Shown in pieces: positions 1-13,679 of a stretch of DNA of 64,000 nt. The notes under the pieces are model-generated. The model was not told the origin of the DNA. It did not search any database and worked only from the letters and a program-made list of their open reading frames with translations. The stretch lies in assembly GCA_951406725.2 (NCBI GenBank), contig OX597833.1, positions 64,170,001 to 64,234,000 on the forward strand. The letters are read 5' to 3'. Origin of the DNA: Octopus vulgaris. Its lineage: Eukaryota. Position 1 is the first letter of the stretch. Every line of letters starts with the position of its first letter. The translations under genes were made by a program, and so were the position numbers.

Positions 1-62
<62 letters not shown>

Positions 63-73
63 CCTACCTACCT
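1..73. repeat. (TATC)n/(TACC)n microsatellite
   Basis: Directly visible tetranucleotide array. Confidence 0.97.
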
Positions 74-431
74 ATATAGAATATATATATTTACAGAGAG
101 GATTCTCGCGGTTTTCTTGTTCTATTTAACTAACAGCATTTCTTTGGTTCACAAAATATCGCCACGATCAGCACCAACGATGACAACAAATATAACAAAA
201 ATACAGTGCTGCATGGAATCCCTTCTGTCAATAGCAGCGAAATCTCCCTCAATTTGACATCATACCATTTTACACAAACAACGATAAATTTAACACTGTT
301 AATACCTGCTTTCGAAGGCTTTCCGACTGGAAAACCTTGATCACTAAAATGATCGTTGATTATTGATTTGATTGTAAACAAGAATAACAAGAATTATTTT
401 TAAAATGTTATCTTGAAGCTTTTTCACTCAC

Positions 432-663
432 TGGCGTCGGACAGTGAGGAAAGGCGTTTCCATGGCTGAGGAAAGGAGAGCACAGCTGTGGTCGGACAGG
501 CGGGACAGGAGGAGGACAACTGCAGCAACATCCCACACGTACCCAGGGACTGCCACTCTAGAATTGGACTGTTCAGTCACAGCAGACGCTGCTCATCATC
601 AAAGTAGGCCCCACCCTTGGCGCGATCCATTGTCTATCAAGACAGACGGGGGAAAAGGAAAGG
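432..663 (+). mobile_element. RTE-clade LINE, 3' end remnant (ORF C-terminus plus short 3'UTR)
   Basis: Translates WRRTVRKGVSMAEERR... then, after a frameshift/deletion, RDCHSRIGLFSHSRRCSSSK* (stop 605-607). This is the characteristic RTE C-terminal C/H motif. Confidence 0.85.
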
Positions 664-747
664 AGGACTGCGGCCATACTGGGACACTGTTGCACAAAGT
701 TTAGTCGAACAAATGATGAAGATTTATGTACATCATTTACATTATTT

Positions 748-1044
748 GTGTGGAGGCATATGGCCTAGTGGTTAGAGCAGTGGACTCGCGGTCGAGGGAT
801 CGCGGGTTCGAATCTCAAACCGGGCGATGTGTGTGCTTATGAGCGGAATACCTAATCTCCACGCGGCTCCGGCAGAAGGTAACTTCTGCTTACTCTTTCG
901 CTACAACTTTCTCTCACTCTTTTCTCCTGCATCTTGCAGCTCACCTGAGATGGACCGGCGTCCCGTCCAGGTAGGGAACTTATAACCCAAGGAAACCGGC
1001 ATTTAGGCCCTATGAGCAACGCGTTGCACGAGAAGGAACAAACA
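748..1044 (+). mobile_element. Full-length tRNA-derived SINE (family C: tRNA head, CORE-like segment, V-domain-like motif)
   Basis: A box TGGCCTAGTGG 761-771, B box GGTTCGAATCT 805-815, and CCTGAGATGGACCGGCGTCCCGTCCAGG at 944-971. 13-bp TSD ATTTACATTATTT at 735-747 and 1045-1057. Second copy at 50093-50399. Confidence 0.92.
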
Positions 1045-1089
1045 ATTTACATTATTTACTTTTGACGGCTTAACTGAAGCCAAGACATA

Positions 1090-1188
1090 GGCGTAGGCGT
1101 GGGAGTGTCTGTGTGGTAAGTAGCTTGCTTACCAACCACATGGTCCCGGGTTCAGTCCCAATGCGTGGCACCTTGGGCAAGTGTCTTT
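1090..1188 (+). mobile_element. SINE family A, 5' head fragment
   Basis: GTGTGGTAAGTAGCTTGCTTACCAACCACATGGTCCCGGGTTCAGTCCC...CCTTGGGCAAGTG matches the full copies at 10315-10716 and 47441-47857. Confidence 0.88.
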
Positions 1189-1370
1189 CACTCACCTCTC
1201 TACTTCTCTCTCTGTCTTTCTTTGTGTTCTGTTCGTCTTTCTTTCTCCCCTTATCGCCATTTATATGAAGGCTTATCTCCATGCGTTCATGGAATTGTTC
1301 CATAAGTTTACGACGACGTTTTGTGTGTAAGTTTGCGTGAGTGTGTCTCAATATATGTAGATGAAGATAT

Positions 1371-1458
1371 TTGTCCAAGGTGCCACGCAGTGGGACTGAA
1401 CCCGGTAACCATGTGGTTCGTAAGCAAGCTACTTACCCCACAGCCAGTTCTGCGTCTA
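1371..1458 (-). mobile_element. SINE family A, 5' head fragment (inverted relative to 1090-1188)
   Basis: Reverse complement of the family A head. Confidence 0.88.
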
Positions 1459-1597
1459 TGTCCTTGGCTCCAGTGAAGACATTTATGTGTACGCGTGTTG
1501 TGAAGATGAATGTATGAAGACATTTACTTACTTATATGTGTGTATGTTTGTGAGATGTTTGAATCTATATGCGATTTTATTAAGTGAAGGTATTTCA

Positions 1598-1679
<82 letters not shown>

Positions 1680-2822
1680 AGATGCGACGGTGTGTATAAC
1701 TTTATTTCTGCATCCATATATGTGTGTGCAAATATGGATGGACTTTTATTCCGCGAATGCGTTCCAGCATGTATGTGTATATGCGTGTATTTATGTATGT
1801 GTATGCTTCTGCCTATATTTATGTATGTGTCTGTACGTCTCTTATCCTTCTCGGCCTTACATTAATAGATTACATCTGATTTATATTGCTTGCCATCATT
1901 TCATATCAAAATTTACCATCTTCCACTTGCCCTCTTTTAGTCTCTGCTCTCTCTTTCTTTTCGCTCTCTTTCTCTCTTTGTAGCTTGCACACACACACAC
2001 CCTCACACACACACATGAACATATACTCTCCCACACATCTCTCTCACACATAATACTTTCTGCTTAAACCCTCTCTCTTCCTCTTCTTCTCTCTCTTAAT
2101 CTTCTTGCTCTGTCGATCTGTCTGTCTCTCTCTCACACACATACTTCCTGCTTAAATCCTCTCTCTCCCTCTCTCCCCCTCTCCCTCTCTCTCCCTCTCT
2201 ACCTCTCTCTACCTCTATACCCCTCTCTCCGTCTTTACTTCTCTCTCCCTTTCTATTTCTCTCTCCCCCTCTAACTCTCTCTCCCTCTCTCTCCCTCTCT
2301 CTCCCTCCCTCTCTCCCTCTCTCTCAACCTCTCTCTCTTTTAGTCTATGTTCTCTCTTTTTCATTCTCAACCTCTGTCATCCTCTCTCTGTCTCTCTCTC
2401 TCTCTTTCTCTCTCTAGCTTCGATAGACGCACTCACACACACCTCCACTCTCGCACACACATCCACCTCACTTCCACACACTCTATCTTCCCTCTATCTT
2501 TCTCTCTTCTTCTTCATCTCCCAGTCTTTTCTCGAAATTCTCCGTAATTTGAATTTTCGTATAAATAGCCGATGTCATTAAAATTCTGACATCGACGTTC
2601 CTTCACAGAAGAAGAACATTAAAACTATTTTTAGTCTTTCCTGATAGAATCGTTGATACTAGAAGCGACTAAGTTGTCAAAGAGCTGTCAATGGATATAA
2701 CAAGTCGGAAAGAAAGAGAAGAGCTTGGCCGATGCATCGAATCGTTGTCTCCTGTCCATTGTTGCCGTTAAGACCAGAGACGCAAACATAGATAACCTTC
2801 AAAGTTAAGTGGAATATATATT

Positions 2823-3204
2823 TCTTTACCACCCATAAGGGGCTAAATACAGAGAGAACAAACAAGGACAGACAAAGGGATTAAGTCGATTACATCGACA
2901 CCAGTGCGTAACTGGTACTTAATTTATCGACCCCGAAAGGATGAAAGGCAAAATCGACCTCGGCGGAATTTGAACTCGGAACGTAACGACAGACGAAATA
3001 CGGCTACGAATTTCGCCCGGCGTGCTAATGTTTCTACCAGTTAAGTGGAATATATATTTCTTTATTGTCCGCAACGGGCTAAACATAGAGGGGACAAACA
3101 AGGGCAGACAAAGGGATTAAGTCGATTACATCGACCCCAGTGCGTAACTGGTACTTAATTTATCGACCCCGAAAGGATGAAAGGAAAAGTCGACCTCGGC
3201 GGAA
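2823..3204 (-). mobile_element. SINE family B, two tandem 5'-truncated copies
   Basis: CGACCCCGAAAGGATGAAAGG...CGACCTCGGCGGAATT body occurs twice. The 18-mer TTAAGTGGAATATATATT lies before, between and after the copies. Confidence 0.92.
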
Positions 3205-3439
3205 TTAAGTGGAATATATATTAGTTGATGCTGTTGTTGCTGTTTGTTCGTTTGTTTGTTTGTTTGATGAGCGAAGTGGTCTTCGTCCCAGGGTGGGACA
3301 AGTCCGAAATGTGGTCCTTTGCTGTATTCCTTTCTGCAGAAACAGAGACACGGCCTGAGCGAAATCAATGCAACTCTTTCTCAACGCCAACATAAAACCG
3401 TATCAGCAGAACCATCTAGAAAGGAACAACCACCCAGTA

Positions 3440-3647
3440 CAGCATCCAGGCTCGGGAGGTTGCGTAAAAAGTCGGGGACAAGAAACAGGGAGAAAGAGAG
3501 AGAGAGAGAAAGTTGGGGCGAAAGTGTAGAAACAGGGGTCGCCACCACCATCTGCCGGAGCTTCGTGGAGCTTTAGGTGTTATTCGCTCAATAAACACAT
3601 ACAACGAATGTTGAATCGAAACCGCGATCCTCCGACCGCGAGTCCGC
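3440..3647 (-). mobile_element. SINE family C-related head/core with alternative 3' extension (partial)
   Basis: Homologous to 4070-4255: GCATCCAGGCTC...GTCGGGGACA...GAAAGTTGGGGCGAAAG...GAATCGAAACCGCGATCCTCCGACCGCGAG. Confidence 0.8.
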
Positions 3648-3649
3648 GT

Positions 3650-4289
3650 CCCCAATGTCCATCCCCTGCTCACCGTGGTGAGGACGCTGGCAACGGGTGG
3701 TGTCAGAGTTATGCCGTCGGGAACTTCGGATTGGTCTGATACCGAGTGGTATTAGGGCCACAACCCGGCAGACGGGGCCTGGTGAAAATCCTCGGAGTGT
3801 CTGCTTCGGCAACCGGCGGCTCCTCGGTCGTTCTGTCCCTGCGTCTGCGGACAATCTGCGGCAAACAGGATGTCTCTACATGTGGGCTTGTTGGGGACCG
3901 CTTGTGAAATTCATATTCCCACGAAACTTCTTCCACTGCCCAGGGTGAATGTCACCACAAGCCTCAACCCACCCAGAGTGAATGTCGCCACAAGTACAAG
4001 TAAGTAACACCCGCAGAAGAGAAAGCAGGTCAACCCTCGACACCGAGAGCATCGACGGATGGATGAATGCGCATCCAGGCTCAGCGGTTGGGTAGGAAGT
4101 CGGGGACACAGAAACAAAAGAAGGAGTGAGAGAAAGTTGGGGCGAAAGAGTACAACAGGGGTCGCCGAAGCCTCGTGGAGCTTTAGGTGTTTTCGCTCAA
4201 TAAACACACACAGCGCTCAGTCTGGGAATCGAAACCGCGATCCTCCGACCGCGAGTTAGCTGCCCTAACCACTGGGCCATTGCGCCTCC
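3650..4289 (-). mobile_element. tRNA-headed composite element (family C head plus about 450-nt GC-rich body, possibly LINE 5' derived)
   Basis: Minus strand starts GGAGGCGCAATGGCCCAGTGGTTAGGGCAGC (A box), then GGTTTCGATTCCC (B box) and the family C core, then a GC-rich body not found in the other family C copies. Confidence 0.7.
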
Positions 4290-4599
4290 TTACTGTTGCT
4301 GTTGTTTTCATCGAGCAGATATTAGTTCACAGGCGTTCCATACGTGGCCATCGTGTCTTTTTCTTTGAGATATACCTTTGGATTTCTTCCTTTCCATTTC
4401 GATTATTCTTTTCTAGATGGTTCTGATATGTTTTTATTTTGGCGTTGAGAAAGAGTTGCATTGATTTTGCTCAGGCTGTGTCTCTGTTTCTGCAGAAAGG
4501 AAAACAGAGTGTTGACCCCATGGCACTTGTTACTATGAAAATGTAGCCATTAATCATTTCAAAGAGAGAGGGTCGTAGTTTGGTGACTCCTTGTCTAAC

Positions 4600-5200
4600 G
4601 GAACAAAGAAAAAATGTTTTATATTCAGAACAACCCGAGAGACTGAGAAGATTTCCATCTTAAATAGATTTCATTCTATCCCCGGTCCCTGACGATGCTT
4701 GTCCAAATGAGAAAGGAATAAACATAACAAATCACATCTCCGGTCCTTATGAAATAATATCAAGGGCAGAGAAGATCCTTGCAGAGAAGATCCTTGCAGA
4801 GAAGGAGATCCTTGGTGAGTCCATAATCTCCGGCTGATAATAAACAGCTTGGTCATATTTGGAATGTATTTGTATATAACTGTCCATTTAGGACAACCTG
4901 GGACTAAACAACAAAAGCGAGAACAAGTACAACAACAATTCAAATTACAATATCCTGATTGAGGAGACCTATAATCAAATACAGAATTGCAAATGTGAAT
5001 GTATTGTCTTTTATTAACAGGTAGAGTAGATCTAAAGGTAGATTATCCAAAGATGTCCTCCGTTTTTTTTAAGACGATTAAATAAAATATGAAGAGATTT
5101 TGCAGATATTTCTTGCTGTTTGAGGGATTACGTAGAGGCTTCATGCTGTGAGATAATAAAATGAAAAATCCGAGATTAATTTGTGTTGATTATATATTGG
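4600..5200 (-). mobile_element. Highly degenerate CR1/L2-like LINE reverse transcriptase C-terminal remnant
   Basis: Minus-strand fragments TLPVNKKTIHSHLQFCI (cf. LPLYKTLVRPHLEYC) and KDRRCDLLCLF (cf. RRLRGDLIxxFK), with many stops and frameshifts. Confidence 0.45.
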
Positions 5201-5394
5201 CGGAAGTAATTAATATGCAGTTGATCAATTAATATTTAGCTAAAACAAGGCTAAAATAAACCAAACGTAAAATAACACGTAAAAGTAAAAATCAACGTAA
5301 TTAAGGCTGAGCCGGAAAGAAAACGATGACGTTTCAGATAATATTCCTTCGTCAAGATGATAGAAGGAACAGGGAAAAACGAAAGAAATAATGA

Positions 5395-5458
<64 letters not shown>

Positions 5459-5749
5459 CGGAAAAAAGGGATTAGATGGATCAAACATGCTTTAATGGTT
5501 GATAAGAAGGGAATAATAACCAAATAAAATCTGTTGGCGTTTTGCAGCGGAAATGTGCTGAGAGAAACAAGCATGACAGACGGGGAAAGAAAAATATTGA
5601 AGCGTGTTTGAAAAAAATTTATCTGTGTGTGCGTATGTGCCTGTGTGTGCGAGAGAGAATCTTGGAAGGTGAACAGAATTGTGAGGGGGTATGTTTATTT
5701 GTAAGAAAGGTTACGTGCCAGAGGTTATGAGTATTAAGAGAATATTAAG

Positions 5750-6025
5750 AGAGCGCTCAGTGTTTAGCATGTTGCGCTCACGATCGCGAGATCGCATTTT
5801 CAATTCCTGAACTGGGCAGTGTGTTGTGTTGTTGAGCTAAACATTTCATCTTGCGTTGTTCAGCAATCTGCGACCATTTCGACATCTGGTGCATGGTACA
5901 CTGAGCACTTCTTCAAGGGACGACGATTTAAGTGAGGGAAGTGGTTTGACGGTCAACACTTCATCATTTCATCACTACAAAACAACTCATCTGTGAAGGT
6001 TGTTCAGCAAGAATTTGGAGAACTG
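5750..6025 (+). mobile_element. Old degenerate tRNA/CORE-type SINE
   Basis: Decayed A/B boxes (CTCAGTGTTTAGC...TTTCAATTCC) followed by CORE-like GTTGTGTTGTTGAGCTAAACATTTCAT. Confidence 0.5.
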
Positions 6026-6050
6026 TTTTTTTTCTTGGATTAGGTAAGAC

Positions 6051-6653
6051 TATCATCATCATCACCATCATCCTCAATATCACTTTATATCATCATCATC
6101 ATCATCGTCATCATCGTCATCATCGTCGTCGACGTCGTCATCAATATCATCACCATCTTCATCATTAACTTCATCATTATCATCGTCATCATAATCAGCG
6201 TTATTATCATCATCACCACCACCATTATCCTCATCATCGTCATCATCACCATCACCATCATCACCACCACCATCACCATCATCACCACCACCACCATCAT
6301 CACTATCATCATAGTCATCCTCACCATCACCATCATTTTCATCATCACCATCATCATCATCATCAGCAGCAGCAGCATCATCATCACCATCATCATAGTC
6401 ATCATCACCATCACCATCATTGTCATCATCATCATCATCATCATATCCACCACCACCACCACCACCACTATCATCATCATCGTCATCGTTATCATCACCA
6501 TCAGCATGATCATCGTCATTATCGTCGTCATCATCATCGTCACCACCATCTTCCTCATTCTCTTCCTCCTCCTCCCCTCCTCCTCCTCCTCCTCATCATC
6601 ATCATCATCGTCGTCGTAATCATCATCATCATCATCATCATCCTATCATCATC
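6051..6653. repeat. (CAT/CAC/CGT)n compound trinucleotide repeat
   Basis: Directly visible; source of the poly-M/V pseudo-ORF. Confidence 0.95.
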
Positions 6654-6758
6654 CTATGTGTATGTAGGTGTGTGTATGCAGGTGTTGACGTGTATGTGGT
6701 CGTGTGTGTATGTGTATTTAGTTGAGTTTGCATGTGTGTATGTGTATGTTTGTAGTGT

Positions 6759-6797
<39 letters not shown>

Positions 6798-7348
6798 TGC
6801 TTTTACGTAAATATGTGTGGTGCATGTATGTGTGTATACGTGTGTATAAATGCGTGTATGTTTGTGTATGTACGTATGCGCGAATACATGTGTGTGTGTG
6901 CGTGCATGGGTGTATATGTGTATGTATGCGTGTGTGTGTGTGTGTGTGTGTGAGGGTGCATGCTTTAGTGTCCAGGGTGCATGCTTTAGTGTCCAGGGTG
7001 CAGCACTCACGATGGCTGTATCGGGGTGTGATGGACTGGGTGGTGCATTGCGTTCTTGAGAGAGTGAAAGAGAGTGAGTGCGAGAGAGAGAGAGTGAGTA
7101 AGAGAGTGAAAGACTGTCTACCATTTGTGTCTGTGTGTGTGTGTGTCTGTCTACAAATCCGTCCATCTGTCTATCTATCTGTCTATCTGTCTGTCTGTCT
7201 GTCTCTCCGTTATCTATCTATCTATCTACCCACCGATCGATCGATCGATCTATCTGTTTGCCTGATTGTCTGTATGTCTGTCTGTCTATATAACTGTATA
7301 TCATCTCTGTGTATGTGTGTCTGTCAGTCTGTCTATCAGTCTGTCTGC

Positions 7349-8075
<727 letters not shown>

Positions 8076-8626
8076 ATATATATATATTTAAATATGCATA
8101 TTATATATACACACACACACGTCCAGTCCGTCTTGTGCGTATTTGCTTTACTTGAGGGCGTGTGTGTGTGTGTTATTTGAAAGTTTGGCAAAGCTCCAGT
8201 TGTTACAAGGTGAAATATTTATTGGTCCTTGTTGGAATGGTTTGGAATGATTTGGAGATGGAAGAGGAACCAAACGCAGCTAGAATAGAATAGAAGACGT
8301 CTTCATGATAATATTAATCGAACACGTTGAACATTATTGATTTTCTTTGGCAACCGGATTATTTTTGCTTCAGTGTTCGCAGTGGAGATTGATGTATGAA
8401 CACACACACACACACACATACACACACACACACAGACACACACACACACAAACACACGTACAAGTACACACATATATATGCATATATATATTTACATATA
8501 TATATAACTGAATGTTCGTATCTATGTATGTAGGTGTATGTATGTATAGTGTATGTGTGTATGTATGTGCATATATTTGGGTAGCTGTTTTTAAGGTGGG
8601 TCTAGGTATGTATGAATGTGTGTGTG

Positions 8627-8661
<35 letters not shown>

Positions 8662-9724
8662 GTACACACACAAACACATACACACGTATATACATATGCT
8701 TATATAGTATATATATATATACAGACATACATGAAGACGTACATACATGCCTATACATACACACGCACATATAGATACATTCATGCATAAATACATACAT
8801 ACATAGACACATATACACACACACACACACACATATATATAAACATATATGTGTGTGTGTGTGTGTACGCTCACAGTTATGGTATGTGTAACGTTTATCC
8901 ATTTCTATTTGTATCTTTTGTTACAATTGTTTTTGTATATTCTTTTGCGTGTCCTTCCTCTCTTTTCCTTCTCTCTCTCTCACTCTCTCACTCTCTTTTT
9001 GTACACAACCCCACACACATACAACCATACATTCATGAACATAAATATGTATATGTGTGTGTATGTGTGTGTGTATTGCCGCTGCTTACATACAAATCTG
9101 CTAAAGAAATATATGTTGTCTACGAGTATTTCCGGCATACATTTTAGTCGTTGATATCACATCTGGTTTCACAAGAGGTTGAAAACATCGCATGAAACAC
9201 GAAATAAAATGCATCTATGCATCCATGCACACATTCAAACCATAACCATATATGGAGGTTAAATATTTATGTGTATGTATATGTGTGTGTGTGTATGTAT
9301 GTGTATATAGGTAATTGATAAAAGTATTATAAATTCAGGAAATGCTTTACAAGTGTTCTATAAGGCTCAAATTTTGTTAACTAAATTGTCCAGTGAAGGT
9401 CACTGCATTTGTAGATCGATCGTTCATACGCAGAGGAAATTCAGTTTAAGGTCTTAGGGTATAATAATAAAAAGCACAAAAGCCAGAGGTTATGGACACA
9501 CCAAGGATCTTCTACTCTGACCTTGATGCATATTTAATCAGCTTACAAACGTTTCGGATAGATTGATATTGCATAATTCTGCGGAGTGTTAATTAAGCAG
9601 ATCAATCGATACCATATTTGTGTGTGTGTATGACCGATAGATTTATAGATATGTAGACAGAGAGAGGGTACATAGTTATATATTAAGGTTTCTTGCAGGC
9701 CCCGTATCCTCGGGCATACAAATC

Positions 9725-10118
9725 GATCTGGGAGAAACGTTAGCACTCTAGGCGTAATGCTTAGCGGTATTTCATCTGTCGCTACGTTCTGAGTTCAAAT
9801 TCCGCCGAGGTCAAATTTGCCTTTCATCCTTTCGGGGTCGATTAAATAAGTACCAGTTAAGCCGTGGTGTCGATATAATCGACTTAATCCGTTTGTCTGT
9901 CTTTGTTTGTCCACTTTATGTTTAGCCGCTTGTGGGTAGTAAAGAAATAGGTATTTCGTCTGTCTTTACGTTTTGAGTTCAAATTCCGCCGAGGTCGACT
10001 TTGCCTTTCTTCCTTTCAGTGTTGATAAATTAAGTACCAGTTGCATACTGGGGTCGATCTAATTGACTAGTCCCCTCCCCTCAAATTTTTGGGCCTTGTG
10101 CCTAGAGGAGAAAAGATT
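9725..10118 (+). mobile_element. SINE family B, head plus two tandem bodies
   Basis: GAAACGTTAGCAC...GTTCTGAGTTCAAATTCCGCCGAGGTC...CCTTTCATCCTTTCGGGGTCGAT; the body repeats from about 9950. Confidence 0.9.
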
Positions 10119-10314
10119 ATACTGTGTGCACATGTAAGGCAAGCATTGAAATACTACCACTATTTTTCCAATTTCTGCCGCAATAAAAAGGTGGTGCTCC
10201 AGCATGGCCACAGTCAAATGACTGAAACAAGTAAAAGAGTATGAAAGAGTAATTTACATAGAAGTTACTGTTCTTCAAAGATCTCTCGGTTGTTTAATCG
10301 ACTTAGAGTTTTGA

Positions 10315-10716
10315 TTACTCTTTACTCTTTTACTTGTTTCAGTCACTTGACTGCGGCCATGCTGGAGCACCGCCTTTAGTCGAGCAACTCGACCCCGGGA
10401 CTTTTTCTTTTGTAAGCCCAGTACTTATTCTATCGGTCTCTTTTGCCGAACAGCTAAGTAACGGGGACGTAAACACACCAGCATCGGTTGTCAAGAAATG
10501 CTAGTGGGACAAACACAGACACACAAACACACACACATATATATACATATATACGACAGGCTTCTTTCAGTTTCCGCCTACCAAATCCACTCACAAGGCA
10601 TTGGTCGGCCCGAGGCTATAGTAGAAGACACTTGCCCAAGGTGCCACGCAGTGGGACTGAACCTGGAACCATGTGGTTGGTTAGCAAGCTACTTACCACA
10701 CAGCCACTCCTGCGCC
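10315..10716 (-). mobile_element. SINE family A, full length
   Basis: tRNA-like head GGCGCAGGAGTGGCTGTGTGGTAAG, CORE-like CCTTGGGCAAG, internal (TA)/(TG) tract, and tail ...CCAGCATGGCCGCAGTCAA.TGACTGAAACAAGTAAAAGAGTAAAGAG. Confidence 0.93.
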
Positions 10717-10867
10717 TACTGTTTGTCAATTGTAGTCTGAAAATTTCGATTGTATCCTGAAAAAAATACTGTAAACAATATATTTGTTTGGGTAAAAACA
10801 ATCACTTCATCTTGAATTGAAACCTTGAAACTCAGTGCTGAGCCCTGCACAAAATATTTTATATTGT

Positions 10868-11022
10868 AGCATTTCGTCCGTCTTTATGTTCTGAGTTCAA
10901 ATTCCGCCGAGGTCGACTTTGCCTTTGTCGTTTAAGAGGTCGATAAAAACAGGTACCAGTTGACCACTGTGCTTGATGTAACCAGCTTAGCCTCTCCCTT
11001 AAAATCGCTGGCCTTGTGTCAA
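10868..11022 (+). mobile_element. SINE family B, 5'-truncated, tail running into (AAG)n
   Basis: GTTCTGAGTTCAAATTCCGCCGAGGTCGACTTTGCCTTT...GGCCTTGTG. Confidence 0.85.
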
Positions 11023-11620
<598 letters not shown>

Positions 11621-12310
11621 GGAACGAATTTGAAAGCGCTATGAATAGAGAAGGAATGAAAGAAAGGAACGAAAATAAAGAAGAAAAGAAAGGGAAGGAC
11701 AGAAGGAATGATGGAAGGAAGACTAGGAAGAGATGAGTGAAATGTAATGTGTTATGTTTACGTAAAGTCTAAAAGACAAAACCAGAAGCGAAATAGTCGA
11801 AAGATAAGTCAAAATAAACAAAAATTCCGTGAAATTTGTTCCATTTTACGCTAAAAGTCAATTAAATTCAGTGAAATATTTTATTGTGTTTCTCCGTTTT
11901 TCTTCAGGTTTTTGCAAAACCAAAAAAAAAAGAAAGAAATGCACCGAGTCCCATAAATTCTTTTGTGTGAGTGTGAGTGTGTGTGTGTGAGTGTGTGTAT
12001 GTGAATGTGTGTGAACTTGAATGCTTCTGTGTGTGTTTATAGTTTGCGTGTCTGCAGATGTATACGTGTATAAATGGGTATGCTTGTATGTATATACATA
12101 TGTATATGTGTATGCATACAAACCATACATATATACATACACGCACACACTCGCACATGTAACTACATATATATAGATATGTATATATATATTTGTGTGT
12201 GTTAATATGTATGTATATGTGTGTGTGTGTGGTATATATTTTGAAAATAAAGGAATATATACGAAATATTATGCAAATAAATTTTTCCATCTTTTTACAT
12301 TTACGACAAG

Positions 12311-12802
12311 TATATTCCTTTCCACTTTAGGCACAAGGCCCGAAAATTTTGGGGAGGGGACTAGTCGATTAGATTGACCCCAGTACGCAACTATTATTTA
12401 ATTCTTCGACCCCGAAAGGATGAAAGGCAAAGTCGACCTCGGCGGAATTTGAACTCAGAACATAAAGACAGACGAAATACCTATTTCTTTACTACCCACA
12501 AGGTGCTAAACACAGAGAGGACAAACAAGGAAAGACAAACGGATTAAGTCGATTATATCGACCCCAGTGCGTAACTGGTGCTTATTTAATCGACCCCGAA
12601 AGGATGAAAGGCAAAGTCGACCTCGGCACAATTTGAACTCAGAACGTAGCGGCAGACGAAATACCGCTAAGCATTTCGCTCGGCGCGCTAATGGTTCTAT
12701 CAGCTCACCGTCATGGGAGTGAATATATATTATTTTCTACTCTAGGCAGAAGGTCCGAAATTTTGGGAGTGGGGCCGAATGTTTCTGCCAGCTCACTGCC
12801 TT
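12311..12802 (-). mobile_element. SINE family B multimer (dimer plus short internally deleted copy)
   Basis: Two CGACCCCGAAAGGATGAAAGGCAAAGTCGACCTCGGC units about 183 nt apart, head at about 12660-12710, and a deleted copy at 12730-12802. Confidence 0.9.
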
Positions 12803-13242
12803 ATTGTTGACCCTATATCAAAATGTACAGCTATTTTAACATCTTCCATGCTAGGAGGTGTGATGATCAAAATATTTTCGTTATTATCATTTTATACTGT
12901 TTATTGTATTGATGATATCATTTCTTTTCGTTTTTCTATCTAAGTTTGTGTATGGGTAAATTGGTTTCATCTTAGAAAGCTGTTTTCGGTTGAATGAAAA
13001 CACGATAATCTTTTAGAATACAATTCTATGCATCTTATATAAAGTGGACATGCTGTAAAAGCCTTGATCTTACAGTATTCGTCATGACAGGGCATAACGT
13101 ATGCAAGTGGTGTGTTAAAAAGGCTAGTGAATATAGCAGTAGTAGACGAAAAGCGTATAGCAGTGGTGGTGGATTTGCTAAGTACGTATTTCTGCGTTCT
13201 TGCGCGTCATCCAAATGATGGATATGTTTAAATATGAGTAAC

Positions 13243-13405
13243 AGGCACAAGCGTGGCTCTATGATAAGATGCTTGCTTCCTAACAACATGGTTCCGGGTT
13301 CAGTAAGAGTGCGTGGCACCTCCGGAATGTGGTTCTACTATAGCTTCACATAGACGACGAAAGCCATGTGAGAGGCTTTGGTAAATCGAAACTGAAAGAA
13401 GCCTC
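13243..13405 (+). mobile_element. SINE family A, degenerate 5' half
   Basis: GGCACAAGCGTGGCT...CATGGTTCCGGGTTCAGT...GAAACTGAAAGAAGCC. Confidence 0.75.
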
Positions 13406-13426
13406 TAGAATATATTTGTGTCTGTC

Positions 13427-13462
<36 letters not shown>

Positions 13463-13515
13463 GACAGTAGATATAAGGGATATATATATATATATACATA
13501 TGCATATACATATGC

Positions 13516-13585
<70 letters not shown>

Positions 13586-13679
13586 ACATACATACATACA
13601 TACATACATACATACACGTTAATACCGAAAGATGAGAATGATTGCTCAATACCGCATTGGTGGATCGAAATTCTTTATT

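Noticed and set aside
130-390. 86-aa minus-strand ORF with a hydrophobic C-terminus ending KKCC, resembling a terminal TM exon
   Set aside because: It overlaps a decayed dispersed repeat motif (AATAGCAGC.AAATCTCCCTCAA, also near 19490 and 28950). No recognisable domain or partner exons.
752-825. tRNA-like sequences (also 4215-4289 and 50325-50397)
   Set aside because: These are SINE heads continuing into SINE bodies, two with TSDs. No proper acceptor stem, so not tRNA genes.
2805-3222. Repeat-spacer-repeat pattern superficially like CRISPR (also 58856-59416)
   Set aside because: Eukaryotic context, the spacers are homologous SINE bodies or tandem units, and there are no cas genes.
3262-3320. 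Hairpin cluster resembling the 3' half of an HDV-like ribozyme on the minus strand
   Set aside because: I could not build P1/P2/P3 of the nested pseudoknot.
5323-5360. Minus-strand HHR-like string UUGACGA-A-GGA(AUAUUA)UCU-GAAA-CG-UC
   Set aside because: The core is mutated and stem I does not pair. It may be a decayed pLTR ribozyme but is unsupported as a single copy.
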